From NCBI GenBank assembly GCA_051362555.1, contig CM120643.1:11878644-11942643 (forward strand): DNA of 64,000 bases. The letters are read 5' to 3'. Source of the stretch: Lingula anatina (Eukaryota; Animalia; Brachiopoda). Position numbers and translations under genes: made by a program. Under the pieces are notes generated by a model, which was given only the letters and a program-made list of their open reading frames with translations, searched no databases and had not been told where the DNA came from. Below, piece by piece: positions 1 through 12,200 of the stretch (position 1 is the stretch's first letter; every line of letters starts with the position of its first letter).

Positions 1-242
1 AATGACTAACTGTATAATTACTACCAATTTTTGATTATCTACTAAAAAAAGTGGACATTTAGAAAAGTTCATTACCATTCAGCTTCATGCCCGTGGGGGT
101 TCTAAATCCCACAGTAAAAATGCCAATATGTGAAAAGTGAAAATTTCACAAAATTGTATAACTTCCAGAAAGAGAAGCCCATTATACTGATTTTCCAACT
201 CAGGCTGCATTTTAGCCCTTTGTTTCTTTTTCTTTTTTGTAG

Positions 243-245
243 TAT

Positions 246-284
<39 letters not shown>

Positions 285-286
285 TT
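243..286. repeat. (TATT)n microsatellite
   Basis: Direct reading. Confidence 0.95.
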
Positions 287-1239
287 TTAAAGATGCATAC
301 AAAGTCAATTTTTTGTTACAAAAACCTACCAAATGCCAGCATTTAGTTTCAAGTAGTATAACTAAGAGAATTACCAAAAGGCGTTGTTTAATTTTACCTG
401 AAAATGATGTTTGAACGGATTTTTCTGCTAGCATTCTATGCTGTATGTCAATGGGGCAGAAAAGTAGGTCACGAAGGTAGGTTAAATTTCCGACCAAAAC
501 TTTAAAGAAAGGAGCAGTCTAAAGCTCTTTTATGGTTGCTCGAGTGGTCTGTTCAGAGTGATCGAGTGATCTATCCCTTGGCATGTCGGTATTTTTTGAG
601 TCGTATAAGAAACTAGTAGAAGTGGTTTACATGTGTTACTGGGAATCCACGCTCCACCAATGCTCGGTTCGTATGTACAGTACCTTTAAGATCCATAAGT
701 AACATGGTTTTCCCTTAATGGTCATCATGGCGGCGGGGTTTTCTTCAATTTTGATGCAATATTACATAATGTTTAACAGCATAATGACCATCAATTTTTA
801 ATTAAAAAAAAAAGGATCATGGCTATCAAGAAAATGTGCCTTGCAAAGGTCTTCAAGCCCATGGCGGTTCGAAGTCACACCTTGAAAATGCCAATATGTG
901 AAAAATTTAATTTGGCGTCTAGACATGATTCTAGCCAGACGTTTGGGGTGTGGTTTGAGCGTGTTTTAAAACAGCTCCCACTATTCTTTTTTCGTAGAAT
1001 TTTCATCGGTTCCTCATTCTACGTGATAAATTTAGCCAGTCTCTTTTGATATCAGAGGGTGTAGGTGTTTGGGTGCCGATTCTGTTTTGTGGTCACTGGT
1101 GAATGGACCTGAACTGAGGCGGCTTCCTCCTGTTTTAGACTTTTTCCCGTTGATGTTTTTTTGTCCGGAGACGGGTTGGCCATGGGGTGCACTTTCATTC
1201 CCAGGGTGCGTTCTCACTCGGCACTTCTCACCCGACTAT

Positions 1240-1533
1240 TGAGCATCAACACGTCGTTGTCTGAACTCCATAGCTCACAACAGTGACCACATCACACGTA
1301 GGTGACTGTCCTCACCACCCCACTTCAATGTGTTGCCATCTGTTAGCACCGCAGCCACAAAAGCGAGATACTTTTACGTTTTACGTTACTTGTTAACGTT
1401 TTTCTTCATTGTGATCTGCCGAGCAGATACGCATATACAAAGTCGAGACACCTTTGTCAGGACGAGACCTTGCACAATTAGACACAAACCCACAAAGGCG
1501 AGACACCTTTGATGAGGAATTCCAACAACACCA
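1240..1533 (+). repeat. Dispersed direct repeat, copy 1 (copy 2 at 3721-4052)
   Basis: Shared blocks ACACGTCGTTGTCTGAACTCCATAGCTCACA, AGCACCGCAGCCACAAAAGCGA and GACACCTTTGATGAGGAATTC. Confidence 0.8.
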
Positions 1534-1660
1534 CCACTTTTTCCCCTCTCTCCTGGGAAAACCATTGCGTTGAATTCAGCACTGACCACTTACCACCCCT
1601 TTTCTCAACCCCCACCCCCATCCCCCATCACTAGGACTCTGTAGTTGATTAAGGTCACTT

Positions 1661-1933
1661 CATCATCATCATCATCATCATTTAGAGCTTATAGTGTTCC
1701 ACTGTTGGACAAAGGCCTCAGCATGCTTTTTCCATTGTTTCCTATCCTGAGCTTCAGATTTCCAGTTTGGCCAAGGTTTCTTCTTCCAAGACTTCCAGTA
1801 GTCATCTAATTCATCCCTCCATCGTTTGACCGGCCTTCCTCTTTTTCTTTGTCCATACCTTGGGGTCCATTCTGTAAGCCTGATTGTCCACCTATTGTCC
1901 TTCATTCTTTTGACATGTCCTGCCCTTTCCAGC
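1661..1933 (-). mobile_element. Short 3' copy of the same RTE LINE
   Basis: Near-identical to 35329-35577; KRGRPVKRW; (ATG)n tail; 10-bp TSD AAGGTCACTT at 1651-1660 and 1934-1943. Confidence 0.9.
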
Positions 1934-1972
1934 AAGGTCACTTGTTGACCGAAAAACGCTTTCTGCAACCAG

Positions 1973-2193
1973 GGCTCCGTATCTCGAAAGGTTCACTATG
2001 TTGCGCACGTGCGCAAGTGTCTCGATTCCATAACCGATTCTATTTCGAGATACGGGGCCATGGAATCGAGACACTTTAGCACGTGCGCAAGCGTCTCGAT
2101 TCCATGGGCCCCGTATCTCGAAATAGAATCGGTTATGGAATCGAGACACTTGCGCACGTGCGCAACATAGCGAACCTTTCGAGATACGGAGCC
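1973..2193. mobile_element. Near-perfect palindromic MITE (PIF/Harbinger-like)
   Basis: GGCTCCGTATCTCGAAAGG termini, CAG TSD, ~100-bp arms. Confidence 0.85.
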
Positions 2194-2589
2194 CAGTCCA
2201 CCCCCTCTGCCCTATCGTTCTTTATGTCTCTCGTACGACCGATTTCTTTAGGTCAAACTCGTACAGAGGTGAGACACTTCTCTCTACCCCACACTGAGGT
2301 GAGACGCCCCACACCACGCAAGCCAAAAACAGTACATTGTCCACGGCTAACAGTTATTTTATATCAGATCAGAACTGTAAAACCGTGACACGTCAAATAA
2401 TTCCCTCACACATACGTGAAATAAACATATCCAAGGGAATTACAGCACCATTCTCCAAACTCGAGCGTCCCGAAAGTAACCTTCAGCTTTTAACTAGGGG
2501 CATTGTCAAAACACACGTATGCTGGGGCCCAGTCTTGGACCGTGTTATTTTGATAAGAAGTAGTTTAACCAAGACATGAGCCAAACACC

Positions 2590-3130
2590 CCCAAATAGAG
2601 TTCTCACTCGACTATGGTATAGATAAAGTACGAGGCGCTGAGTTTTACGAGCAATAGAACAGATAGTTGGCGAGGCAGGTAACACGCGGTCACACCAATA
2701 GCGTCACTTATCTGTGTCATTCAGCAGGTAACATAACTCAGAAGTAACAATGGAAAACGGCGTCTCTCTGTCTCAATTAATGGAAATTCCAACAAAAATC
2801 TTTTTAAAGTTGACATTAAAGATGAGCAGCTGGAGAGGTTCTTGAAGCCGTTGGCTAGTTCTGAATTCTCTCAGAATTTGGCAGCCAGAATACCAAGCAA
2901 AACGCAAGCAAGTACTACCGGATAAATGGGCTGTAAATCTGTTAAGTGAACGGTGGACGTTAAGTCCCTCACCATGAAACACCCCCACTGGCCCATCCCA
3001 TGTTTAAAGGATGGGTCGTTCGAAGCTGGATATTCATCCTAATAAAGACGACCATGGAAGAAAAGACCCAATCCTTATCTGGAACTCAGATTCCTTCAGA
3101 AATTGTTAAAGTTGTATTGGTCAAAATTCA
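2590..3130 (+). mobile_element. Crypton-like (DUF3504-associated) 5' fragment
   Basis: ERFLKPLASSEFSQNLAARIPSKTQAST/frameshift/KWAVNLLSERW resembles the P..T...T.WA...F..W N-terminal motif of Crypton proteins. Confidence 0.45.
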
Positions 3131-3720
3131 AAGAAAATTACCCTAGAGATGTAGAAAATGTAAACTATGAAAGCTAACTTATGTCACAGTAACCTCCGTT
3201 AATTGTTATAACTGCAAGTATGAAATAAAACCTGAAATATTCATTTCTACTAATTTCTTTTCATCTTCTTTTCTGCGTGATGACTGAAGAAAGTATGCAA
3301 TAAAACTTGAAAATGTTTCATTCTTCTTATACGTGTTCATTTTTTTCCTGCGCGATTACTGAAACTCGTAGGTTGATTTTAATCATTAAAATCATTAAAA
3401 TGCTTAAAGTCCAGTGACCGTCCTATTATACCCTCTACCAGGGAGGCAGATATTATAAGGAAATTTGAAAAAGCCACCCCGTGACTTTTGGCCAGATGGA
3501 AGCAATTAAATCTGCCCGCGCGCAGATGGCATCGCACTGGATCTGTACGGAGCCATTACAGGAGATTCCTCAGTTAACTTCAGTCTGAAGTAACAAGCTA
3601 TTCATAAGGGGCTATTTTTTATACGTCACAAAAAAAGCAAGTGATCAAAAGTAGAGCAATTACTTTACACGAAATAAAGCACGGCGCGACCCATTGTCCT
3701 TTGACAAGAGAGTGCTTTAA

Positions 3721-4052
3721 TGAGCAACCAACACGTCGTTGTCTGAACTCCATAGCTCACATTAGTGACCTTAGCACACTCAGGTGACTGTCCTCACCGC
3801 CTCACTACACTCTGGAAGCACCGCAGCCACAAAAGCGAACTGCTTTTGTGTGATTACAAAAATCGCCACGAGCGAGACACTTGTTAACGTATTTCTTCAT
3901 TGTGGCTTGTCTCGAGCAGATATACATATACAAAGGCGAGGCACCTCTGTCAGGATAGGACGTCCTTGCCCATCAGTGCATTTATTATCTGCACAAGCAG
4001 ACACACACTCACAGAGGCAAGACACCTTTGATGAGGAATTCAAACAACACCA
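3721..4052 (+). repeat. Dispersed direct repeat, copy 2
   Basis: See 1240-1533. Confidence 0.8.
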
Positions 4053-5021
4053 GGACTTTTTTCGCCTTGTCAAGGATATGGGATAGTTTGGAGATTTTTA
4101 AAGACCATAGAAAGTGGTTCTGTATTTTTTTACTGGTATCGACCATATTGCACCAGGTTATCAAAAGTTACTTCTAGGTTTTTAACCTCATCTTTTGTCG
4201 TGACCTTACTGTTGCCGATTTCTAATAGTACTTTAATAATAGTAATTTTTCTGCATCTTTAGAAAAACGAACTACTTATGTTTTGCCATCATTGAAAACA
4301 AGCGAATTTGCGTTAAGCTATTGACTCAACCGACTTATAACCCATTGACATACGTAGAATGCTAGCAGAAAAATCCGTTCAAACATCATTTTCAGGTAAA
4401 ATTATACAATGCCTTTTGGCAATTCTCTTAGTTATACTACTTGAAACTAGATGCTGGCGTTTGGTTGGCTTTTGAGGCGAAAAATTGACTTTGTGTTCAT
4501 CTTTAAGGTTAAAAATGTCTTGTAACATAAGACCGCTCTAAAGCGAGGTTACGCCACGTATTGTAAATTCCATAAAAGCCTCAAGTACCGATGTGCAAGT
4601 TTTTGACGTCATGTTTATTTCTTTTATTATTTTGTAAAAAAAAACCCCTTGTATGTATGTCGATACCCTCAATGTTTCTTGGCAGAATCTCATTTTAAAT
4701 TTGCAAAACCATGTTTATAAATAAGAGGATGGAGGAAAAAACGGAAAATAAAAAGTCAAACTGGCAATATATAATTCCTGTCAATTACCATATTCTCAAT
4801 GATTAAAATTATATAAAAAATACATAGCACATCATTAAAAAACTTCCAAGAATCATCAATATACAAATAAACCTAAAATAAATTTAGGAAATACAATTTA
4901 ACATTGCTTCCATTGCTAGTTATCCTCACTATAGGAATGTAAAAAGTACAGGATTTGCACGACCTGTCACAATTATAACTTTGTATTGCAGTGTGAAACG
5001 CCTGGGACTAAAGCGACATAG

Positions 5022-5660
5022 AGCGCATTCAGAAGTTGATCCGCGGGCTAACAGAACCACGGATCAAATATAGCCAACCACTCAGGCCCCATTCAGAATA
5101 GAGGACTAACTAGTCCGAGGGTCAAATATGGCGACCCAATACAAAGCTTGCCGTTTAATCCGCTAATAGACACTGAATAGACATCCCGTGGGGAAGTATT
5201 CAAGTGGGTCGGCCATATTTGACCCTCGGACTTTTTAGTCTCCTATTCTGAATGGGGCCTCAAAAGCATAGCTGATTAATCTCATGATGGTCCCCCCGTC
5301 TCCACACGTGTCGCCCCTGCATACGAAGCCGAGATTTAATCCGTTTAATGGCGCGTGTGGATGCGGGGAGATCATCAGTGGCTTGGCTGTATTCCCAGAG
5401 CTTTTAGATCGATCTATCCCCGCGGGGAGTCTCACTACATTACTGTCAGATAATCCGGCTTAAATGTCCGCCTACTACAAGCTGTAAGCCTACTACAAGC
5501 TGTAAGGGGGTAATTAACTTTCGTGTCTGCTAGGTTGACAGCTATTTAGCGTGAACCCCCAGGGAGTTAGGTCGATCTAAAGTAGATCGATCTAATCTCT
5601 GGAAATGGGGTCTTAGTGTGTGGATGAGCTAGTCCTCGGATCATCTGTTCTGAATGCACT
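5022..5660. mobile_element. Harbinger-like MITE with two nested MITEs (5085-5259 and ~5386-5612)
   Basis: Outer TIR AGCGCATTCAGAA/TTCTGAATGCACT. First inner element GGCCCCATTCAGAATAG with TCA TSD; second inner element with TAGATCGATCTA subterminal motifs. Confidence 0.7.
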
Positions 5661-5689
5661 CAGAGGGAAAACCTCATATTCAGTTGCAT

Positions 5690-6700
5690 AGCAGTTCAAT
5701 CGGCGTCCTGTTAGCAACCGGTTCGATGTTACAAATAAGTTTTTCGGTCGCCCGTAGGTTCTCGTTAATGCACCGAAACTAGACACTTACTAAGCATTCG
5801 TTAGGAAACCCTTTTGCGAGTTGTAGCAACAGCTCGCCAACCACTTTGTGCAACCGGTGGCAATTGCAAGTAGCAAAGATGTTTTTGTTCAGTGTGACCG
5901 TAAATGCACAGGACTTGCGAACTCAAAGAGATCAAGTATTGTAGCAAAATAATGTCAAGGGATACTTGAAGATTAACAAGTACCATAACATATCCAAATT
6001 TATAATTGTTATTATCACAGTGCTTATTACAAAACGAATTTGATATATATTGTAAAATGAGCAGAATGCATGATAAAGTACAGACCCAACTTTGAAATAT
6101 TGCAGCAGCCAACACGTTTCCTGCTCTTTGTGAAGGTACCATTTTACTAAAAGTTGTCTACAACGCTTCCATTGTCTTCTTAGACGGGAATTGATGTGGA
6201 GCCTGCTACTGTCATAATTTTGCAACATATATCATCTGTGCGAACTTGTGATTACCCTGCAACCGGTTTTCAATATTGGTTTATTTTTCTTCCACATCTG
6301 GTAGTTTTAGGAGGCATTGCAATAGTAAATATGTTAAAAACTTAATGTAATTTGAAGTTGTGCGTTTCCTCATTCTGACCATCCTGACCATACGCTTACA
6401 ACTCGTAGAGATCTGCATCGACAACGCATCGATCTTCATAGAAGCCCCACAGAAGGCGTACGGAAACTGCACTAAAATTGAAAGGGCTCCGTACAATCAT
6501 TTTCCAACCGACAAACCGAATTTTCCCTACGTTTCCTCGAAGTCATGTTGGCGAAATGGCACATTCGGTACTCACACGTAACGAAACATTCTCGCCGTAG
6601 CCCGTAGCCACCTACGATGTCATAAAAATCTTTAAAAAAAAAAAAAAAAATCGTGTACGATTTCATCGTACGGCGCTCGTGGTCAATGTGATCTAGGGTT
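5690..6700. mobile_element. Harbinger-derived remnant
   Basis: CpG-rich CGTACG/CGTAG subterminal repeats and a TGTGATCTAGGGTT-TAG right end; left end not defined. Confidence 0.4.
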
Positions 6701-7312
6701 TAGTCTCGCGTTGTATTTCTAATTTTGGCACATTGCTGGTGGTTTGCTGCTCGTGGTACGCTGATCAATTTCCTGGAGAACCAACTCTGCACTCCCGTGT
6801 CTATATTGAAGGTGTACTGTTTTGTCTTCCAGTACTACACGTCTTCAATTTTTTTTCTTGTGAGCAAGATATGAATGTACATATGAAACGGGAAATTTAT
6901 CTACGGATCTACACAAGACTTTCTTTTTAGTTTGATTCAGATTTTTCAGGTGGTCAGAGCTAATGCTAATTAAGCTTTCTCCATTGCTATTAATTTTCTA
7001 AATTTTGAAGAAATCCAAGGGTGACGTGGCCTAATCGGGAACAAAGTTGGAAGTACCTGAAAAATATGCGCATAGTAAATTATATATTTTTCAAGTGGAT
7101 ATCGACTGTTCATCTTTTTTTTAAATTTTTTTGACGTCTTTGAATTAAAAGTCCAACTTTAAGTTGAGAATAATGATTTGATGATATGAAATCTCTAAAA
7201 TAATCATTTTAAGCTTGAGTTGTGTATCTGCGTCTGCAAGCATACACGCTTACAAATATATCTTTACAAATCTAGCTATGTTTAGCTATTTTCTTTCATT
7301 TGTTTTTGCTTT

Positions 7313-7502
7313 TTAACAGAACGTAATAAACAAACAAACAAAGGGTACCTTTAATACTTCAATTTTGTGAATCTCGACGGTTATTTTTGTGTATAGATCC
7401 ATCAGTTTTGTATCCAGTACTTTGTACATATTGGGATTGAATACCATTGAGCTGAGACCATCTACATTTTGGACCTCCAACGCACGTTTCATTTCAAAAT
7501 AC
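7313..7502 (-). CDS. GT7 glycosyltransferase exon 6 (terminal)
   Basis: CTTTTAG| (R)[62 protein letters not shown]; possible alternative donor after 7349. Confidence 0.85.
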
Positions 7503-9233
7503 CTAAAAGAGAATATTTGGAGTCTTAAATCATGTCTCTGCAGTATGTGCTGAACTCTAGGCTGAGGTATATATTTTTACAATGCATTTAAGCGCGTCAG
7601 ATGTACAGCGTGTGGAAATGAAAATACTCCTTTGTCAAAAACTATATAAAAAACTAATTACACACGTGAAATACTTCTGCGTGCCATCGGCCATCTTCAT
7701 CTGTCTCAGAGCAACACAGGTGGCGTTATGTCACTAGTAGAAATATTTCACGTGAGTGCTAGTTTTTTTAATAAGTTTGCGACAAGGAAAAAAATACTGA
7801 GAATGATGGGTCTGGATACCCGTTATGGGTACTGAAAGTGATTAAGCCATCATCGTTTTAGTGAAAATGCCTTCTTTACACCAATGTGACACATGATCAT
7901 AGCTTTAAAGAGAACTACTATATATGTATTTATCTATATCTTAAAAGCGTTATAAACCTTATTGGGTTCGCTTTGTTGCCGGCTTCTGCACCGTGTTTCA
8001 GCATGGAGTACCGTGCTACACTGTCGGGTGGCCGGATCACTGTTAAGCCACGGTTGTCCACCCTGAAAAATAAAGAACCATGGACAGTTGGACGGACGGA
8101 CGGACGGAAGAAACAGATAGAAAAACTGGTGGATATACTGTAGACGGACAAAAGCGTGAGTTATTTAGCAATCAGATAAAGAAGCAAAAACCGTATTGGC
8201 TTTAGAGTTTAATCTATTTATAATTGTATAATAAGAAGTATGAAAAAACTCAACACTGGCAGATTTGTGTTTTTGAAGGCAGCTACGTCAAAAACGGGTG
8301 CAGGTCATCAGAAAACGTTAAAAGGACAATTTACAATAAATTTTGTGTACCTAGCTGATGCACACTAACTCCACGGGGACTCAAGCTGAATTCAGTCAGA
8401 CTTACTTGCCTCCTCCTGGCGTTTAATAGAATATAAAAAAGCTGGTGATTATACGTTTGAAACAAGAAGAGGCGTGTTAGTCTGTTAATCTTATTGCATT
8501 CAGCAAGAGTCCCCATAAAGTAAGTGTGCATTAGCTCGGTCCACAAAATTCATTGGTAACGGCCCCTAAAAGATTAGTCGCCAAGGCCCGAGTAAGCCCA
8601 TGACGATCAACAATTGACACGGAACTTACCGTCGTTTGATATCATCATCTTCTCCGCCCCAACCAAAATACCTGTTTGAAAAACCGTTTATGAATTTGAA
8701 GTGATCCTTGCTAAATGCCACAACACCTCCAAACAGGCTGTCGTACGGTATTCTTCAAATGAAAAGGTAAGAAAGAGACGTATGAAAAGATGATCCAATT
8801 AAAGTTCTTAGTTCTCAGCATCTCATCAACAGAAGACTGGTTTTGGAAACATAATCCCTTGGCGGATTTACCAAAATCAATATAAAATCCTAATAGAATA
8901 TCTTATCAAATTACTTAATTTTAAAACAGAACGAACTTTTCAAACGCTATAAAAGGCCAACAACAGCGTCTGGCATGTACACAAAGATTTCTTACATTTA
9001 AAAAAAAATCTGTTATATTTTCTCATTACTATATATAATAAGCTTCAGATCAGATCTGCTCCCCTTCTTTTCCGATATGTACATGCATATCAAAAAGATT
9101 TTCATTTCACTGTCAATGTTCCACTTCTAAGTGCGGGCATACAATATATGAATCGGTACAATGAAGACACCCCCTCCAGTTGTTTCTAAACTCAGGTTAC
9201 ATTTATGGTATGCTTTGTGAGTTTCTTTTTTTC

Positions 9234-9264
<31 letters not shown>

Positions 9265-12200
9265 GAGGAGGCCTAATATCAAACCAAATTTAGTAATACA
9301 TCCCAAATAATTTCGAGTTGCACTCTTGAGTAATTGCAATTAACTTTATTTGCATTCTCCAAAAAACTTTAAAAACAGCCACATGTACCTGTAGTCAAAT
9401 TTATCTATATTCACGGACATGTGTTTGGGTGTGACGGAGCAGCTATACAGATTATCATCCATCTCGGGAAGAAGGTCCACGTCGTGAAATACAATGCAGG
9501 AAAAATTCCCGTGTTTCATCGCTTCTAGAAACCCGATGTTCAACAGCATACCTCGATTGAATGTACAGCCTTTAGCCTAGCAGTGGTAATAAGGAAAAGT
9601 CAAATATTGTAATGAATAATAATATAACATTTTGTCAAACATTATTATAATTGTAATGAAACGCTAAGCTTGTGGCAAGTAATTTTACACTGATGCTCAT
9701 AAGTTAAGCAACACTTTCTTATTTCTCGAATTTCTCGGCAACCAAAATTTTTATTGAGGCAAAATTTGTACAATAGCTAGATATTTCTCTTGTTTTTACT
9801 TTGACTTACTGGACCGTGACATTAGAGTACTATTTACTGTTGGACACGATAGAATATGCAATGGGGTGCCACTTGCGAAAAACACAGTTTGGCCATGCCA
9901 TGAGGAGCTTCCAGTTTGGCTAGTTTCATGGGCACAATTTGTTATTTTGGACCAACCAACGGTTAGAAGAGGACTCAACGAGGTAATCAGATGGCAAATA
10001 ATGGGAAGCCATCGTGATGGGGTGCCAAAGAGACAGATTGCAAGGCAACAAAAAAGTAGCACCAAGTCAAGTGTCCAAACTGGTAGCAAAATGGCGCCAA
10101 ACTCTTCATGTATTGGACAAGCCTCTTTCTGGTAGAATAATATTAACCGACGCAAGAGATGAAGATATCTGGTTCGATTATGCCACCAGGACCAGTTCAT
10201 ATCAGCCAAACAATGAAAAATTGCCACCGTACGTCATTCAAAGGAGGTGCCCTGGTCAACAATACAGAGACGAAATACCATTGGGGTGCATACAATCACA
10301 CATTCAAGCAAATCCAGAAAGAAAAATTATTTTGGTGCAGGACAATGCGCCCATCCAGAAAGCATGGTCCGTGCAAGACGCGCTGCAACAGCGCGGTATC
10401 CCACATTTGGATTGGCCTGCATATTTACCAATAATCGATCTAAATAACTGTGGGAATGGTCTCTAAGAAAATGCAGTTTGGGGATTATAGCAAAGAATCA
10501 CTCTTTCAATTTTTAGATGACATTATAGTAGCCAGTCACACTTTAGACGATCACCTTAGCGATGTAGATGTCAGTTTTACAAATGTTGAGAAATGCAGAC
10601 TTGACATAATCGAAATGTTTCATATCGCAAAGAGAGGTCAGGTAGTTGGGGTATGTAGTTTCAAAAACCGATATTCGTGTTGACTATGCAAAGTGCAACG
10701 CAGTATCAGAATTCCCAGTCCATTCAAATTTTAAAAAGTGCACGAATTTCTGGGAGTAGTGAATTATTGGGCATTGTATTTTTTTTTTCCATGACAATTT
10801 TACAGTTGAACAATATAAAGGTAAAACCATACAAATGCGGACGTGCTTAGCCACCTCCCTTCCGACGAGTAAAATAATGAGATAAGACTAAATAGGTAAG
10901 AGATAGGTATAATCAGATACGGCTAAACTTTGGCAGCGGTAGGTAATTGCCATTCAAATTTAGTTCTTAAAGAATTTGATCTAATTACATTTAATTGTTT
11001 TTGCCCATTTCTTATTATTTAATGGTGTTACTCAAGTTAAATTACACTGTAAATGTCGTTTTTACGACATCCGAGAGTGGACCCGATGTATCTTTCAATA
11101 TGCATTATCTGTTCAGTACTAACATGTAAAACTGCTTGCATACTGTTTACACTGTCAATGTTTATAGCATTTAAGCTTAGAATTATAACTGTTATGACTT
11201 ATTTTTTAGTGCTCAGCTGGTTAGGGTATGGCAATGTATTTTGCAAGCCTAATATCTACACACACTGGACAATAGAAGTGTCACCCCTACTGAACCAATA
11301 CTATGGGGGAGATAAATGACTGTGGAATGATATGCTTCTGGTATCATTTTATTAACATCAAATTTCACAAAAAAATCACAAAATGAGAACAAAATATACA
11401 TTCTACCAAAATATGCAGTTTCAAGTCCAAAATTAGTACTTAGTGGCATAGCCACGTGACCTAATAATAGGTGCCAGTCTACGAGGCAAGGATTCATATA
11501 ATTGTCTGATGCGTTCAGGGCTTATGCTGGCCCAAGCATGAAACACTGAATATAAGGGCTTCTCTACGAAAACAGAGATTCTCTGCTGGTTAGACGGGCA
11601 TTTATAAAAAGTTTTGACATATCATTCCACACATTTTCTATTATGTTTGCATCCGGACTCTGGGAGTAAATGTCATTTTTACGACATCAGGACATTACCC
11701 TGCGAATGTCCTGTTGGTCAAACCAATGATCAACTGCTCTGGGCCTGTGACAAGGAGCATTGTAATCCTGGTGAACAAATGGATAATTCCTGTCACCAAA
11801 CATGTTGGTAATAGATGGTAGCAAGCCTGACTCCAAAACATCGATATATTTCTAGTGATTCATGTTTCCATCAACCACTATCAATTTGCCTACGCCATGG
11901 ATGCTGATGCAGCCCCACACCATAATAAATATGCTGCTCCGGGTTCGAAAATCCAGTGCATGTGGTTTAAATGCTTTACCAGCAGTTCGCCAGCATCGTA
12001 CCCATCTGTCATCAGATGTCAGACAAATGCGACACTCACCAGAAAAAAATATATAGGACCAATTGTCATGGACTGTCCAGTGCCAGATCCTGTTGACCCT
12101 AGTTTACTCTACGTTGCCTGTTTTGTAACGATATAAGAGGTTTCAGTTTTGCTACCTTGCTATACACTCTCTGAGCATGTAACCGACGCCTAGCAATTTT

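Larger units (their letters stand above)
291..4502. repeat. Pair of ~165-bp inverted repeats (291-455 and ~4341-4502), each bounded by TTAA; Kolobok-like termini
   Basis: The reverse complement of 4341-4502 aligns with 291-455; TTAA at 287-290 and 4503-4506. Confidence 0.7.

Noticed and set aside
1973-2193. Short recurring motifs suggestive of a CRISPR array
   Set aside because: The repeats are inverted, with no unique spacers and no cas genes; the context is eukaryotic.
1849-2388. Overlapping ORFs with repeated VSRFHNRFYFEIRG / GIETLAHV peptides, also at 58390-58930
   Set aside because: Artefact of the palindromic MITE.
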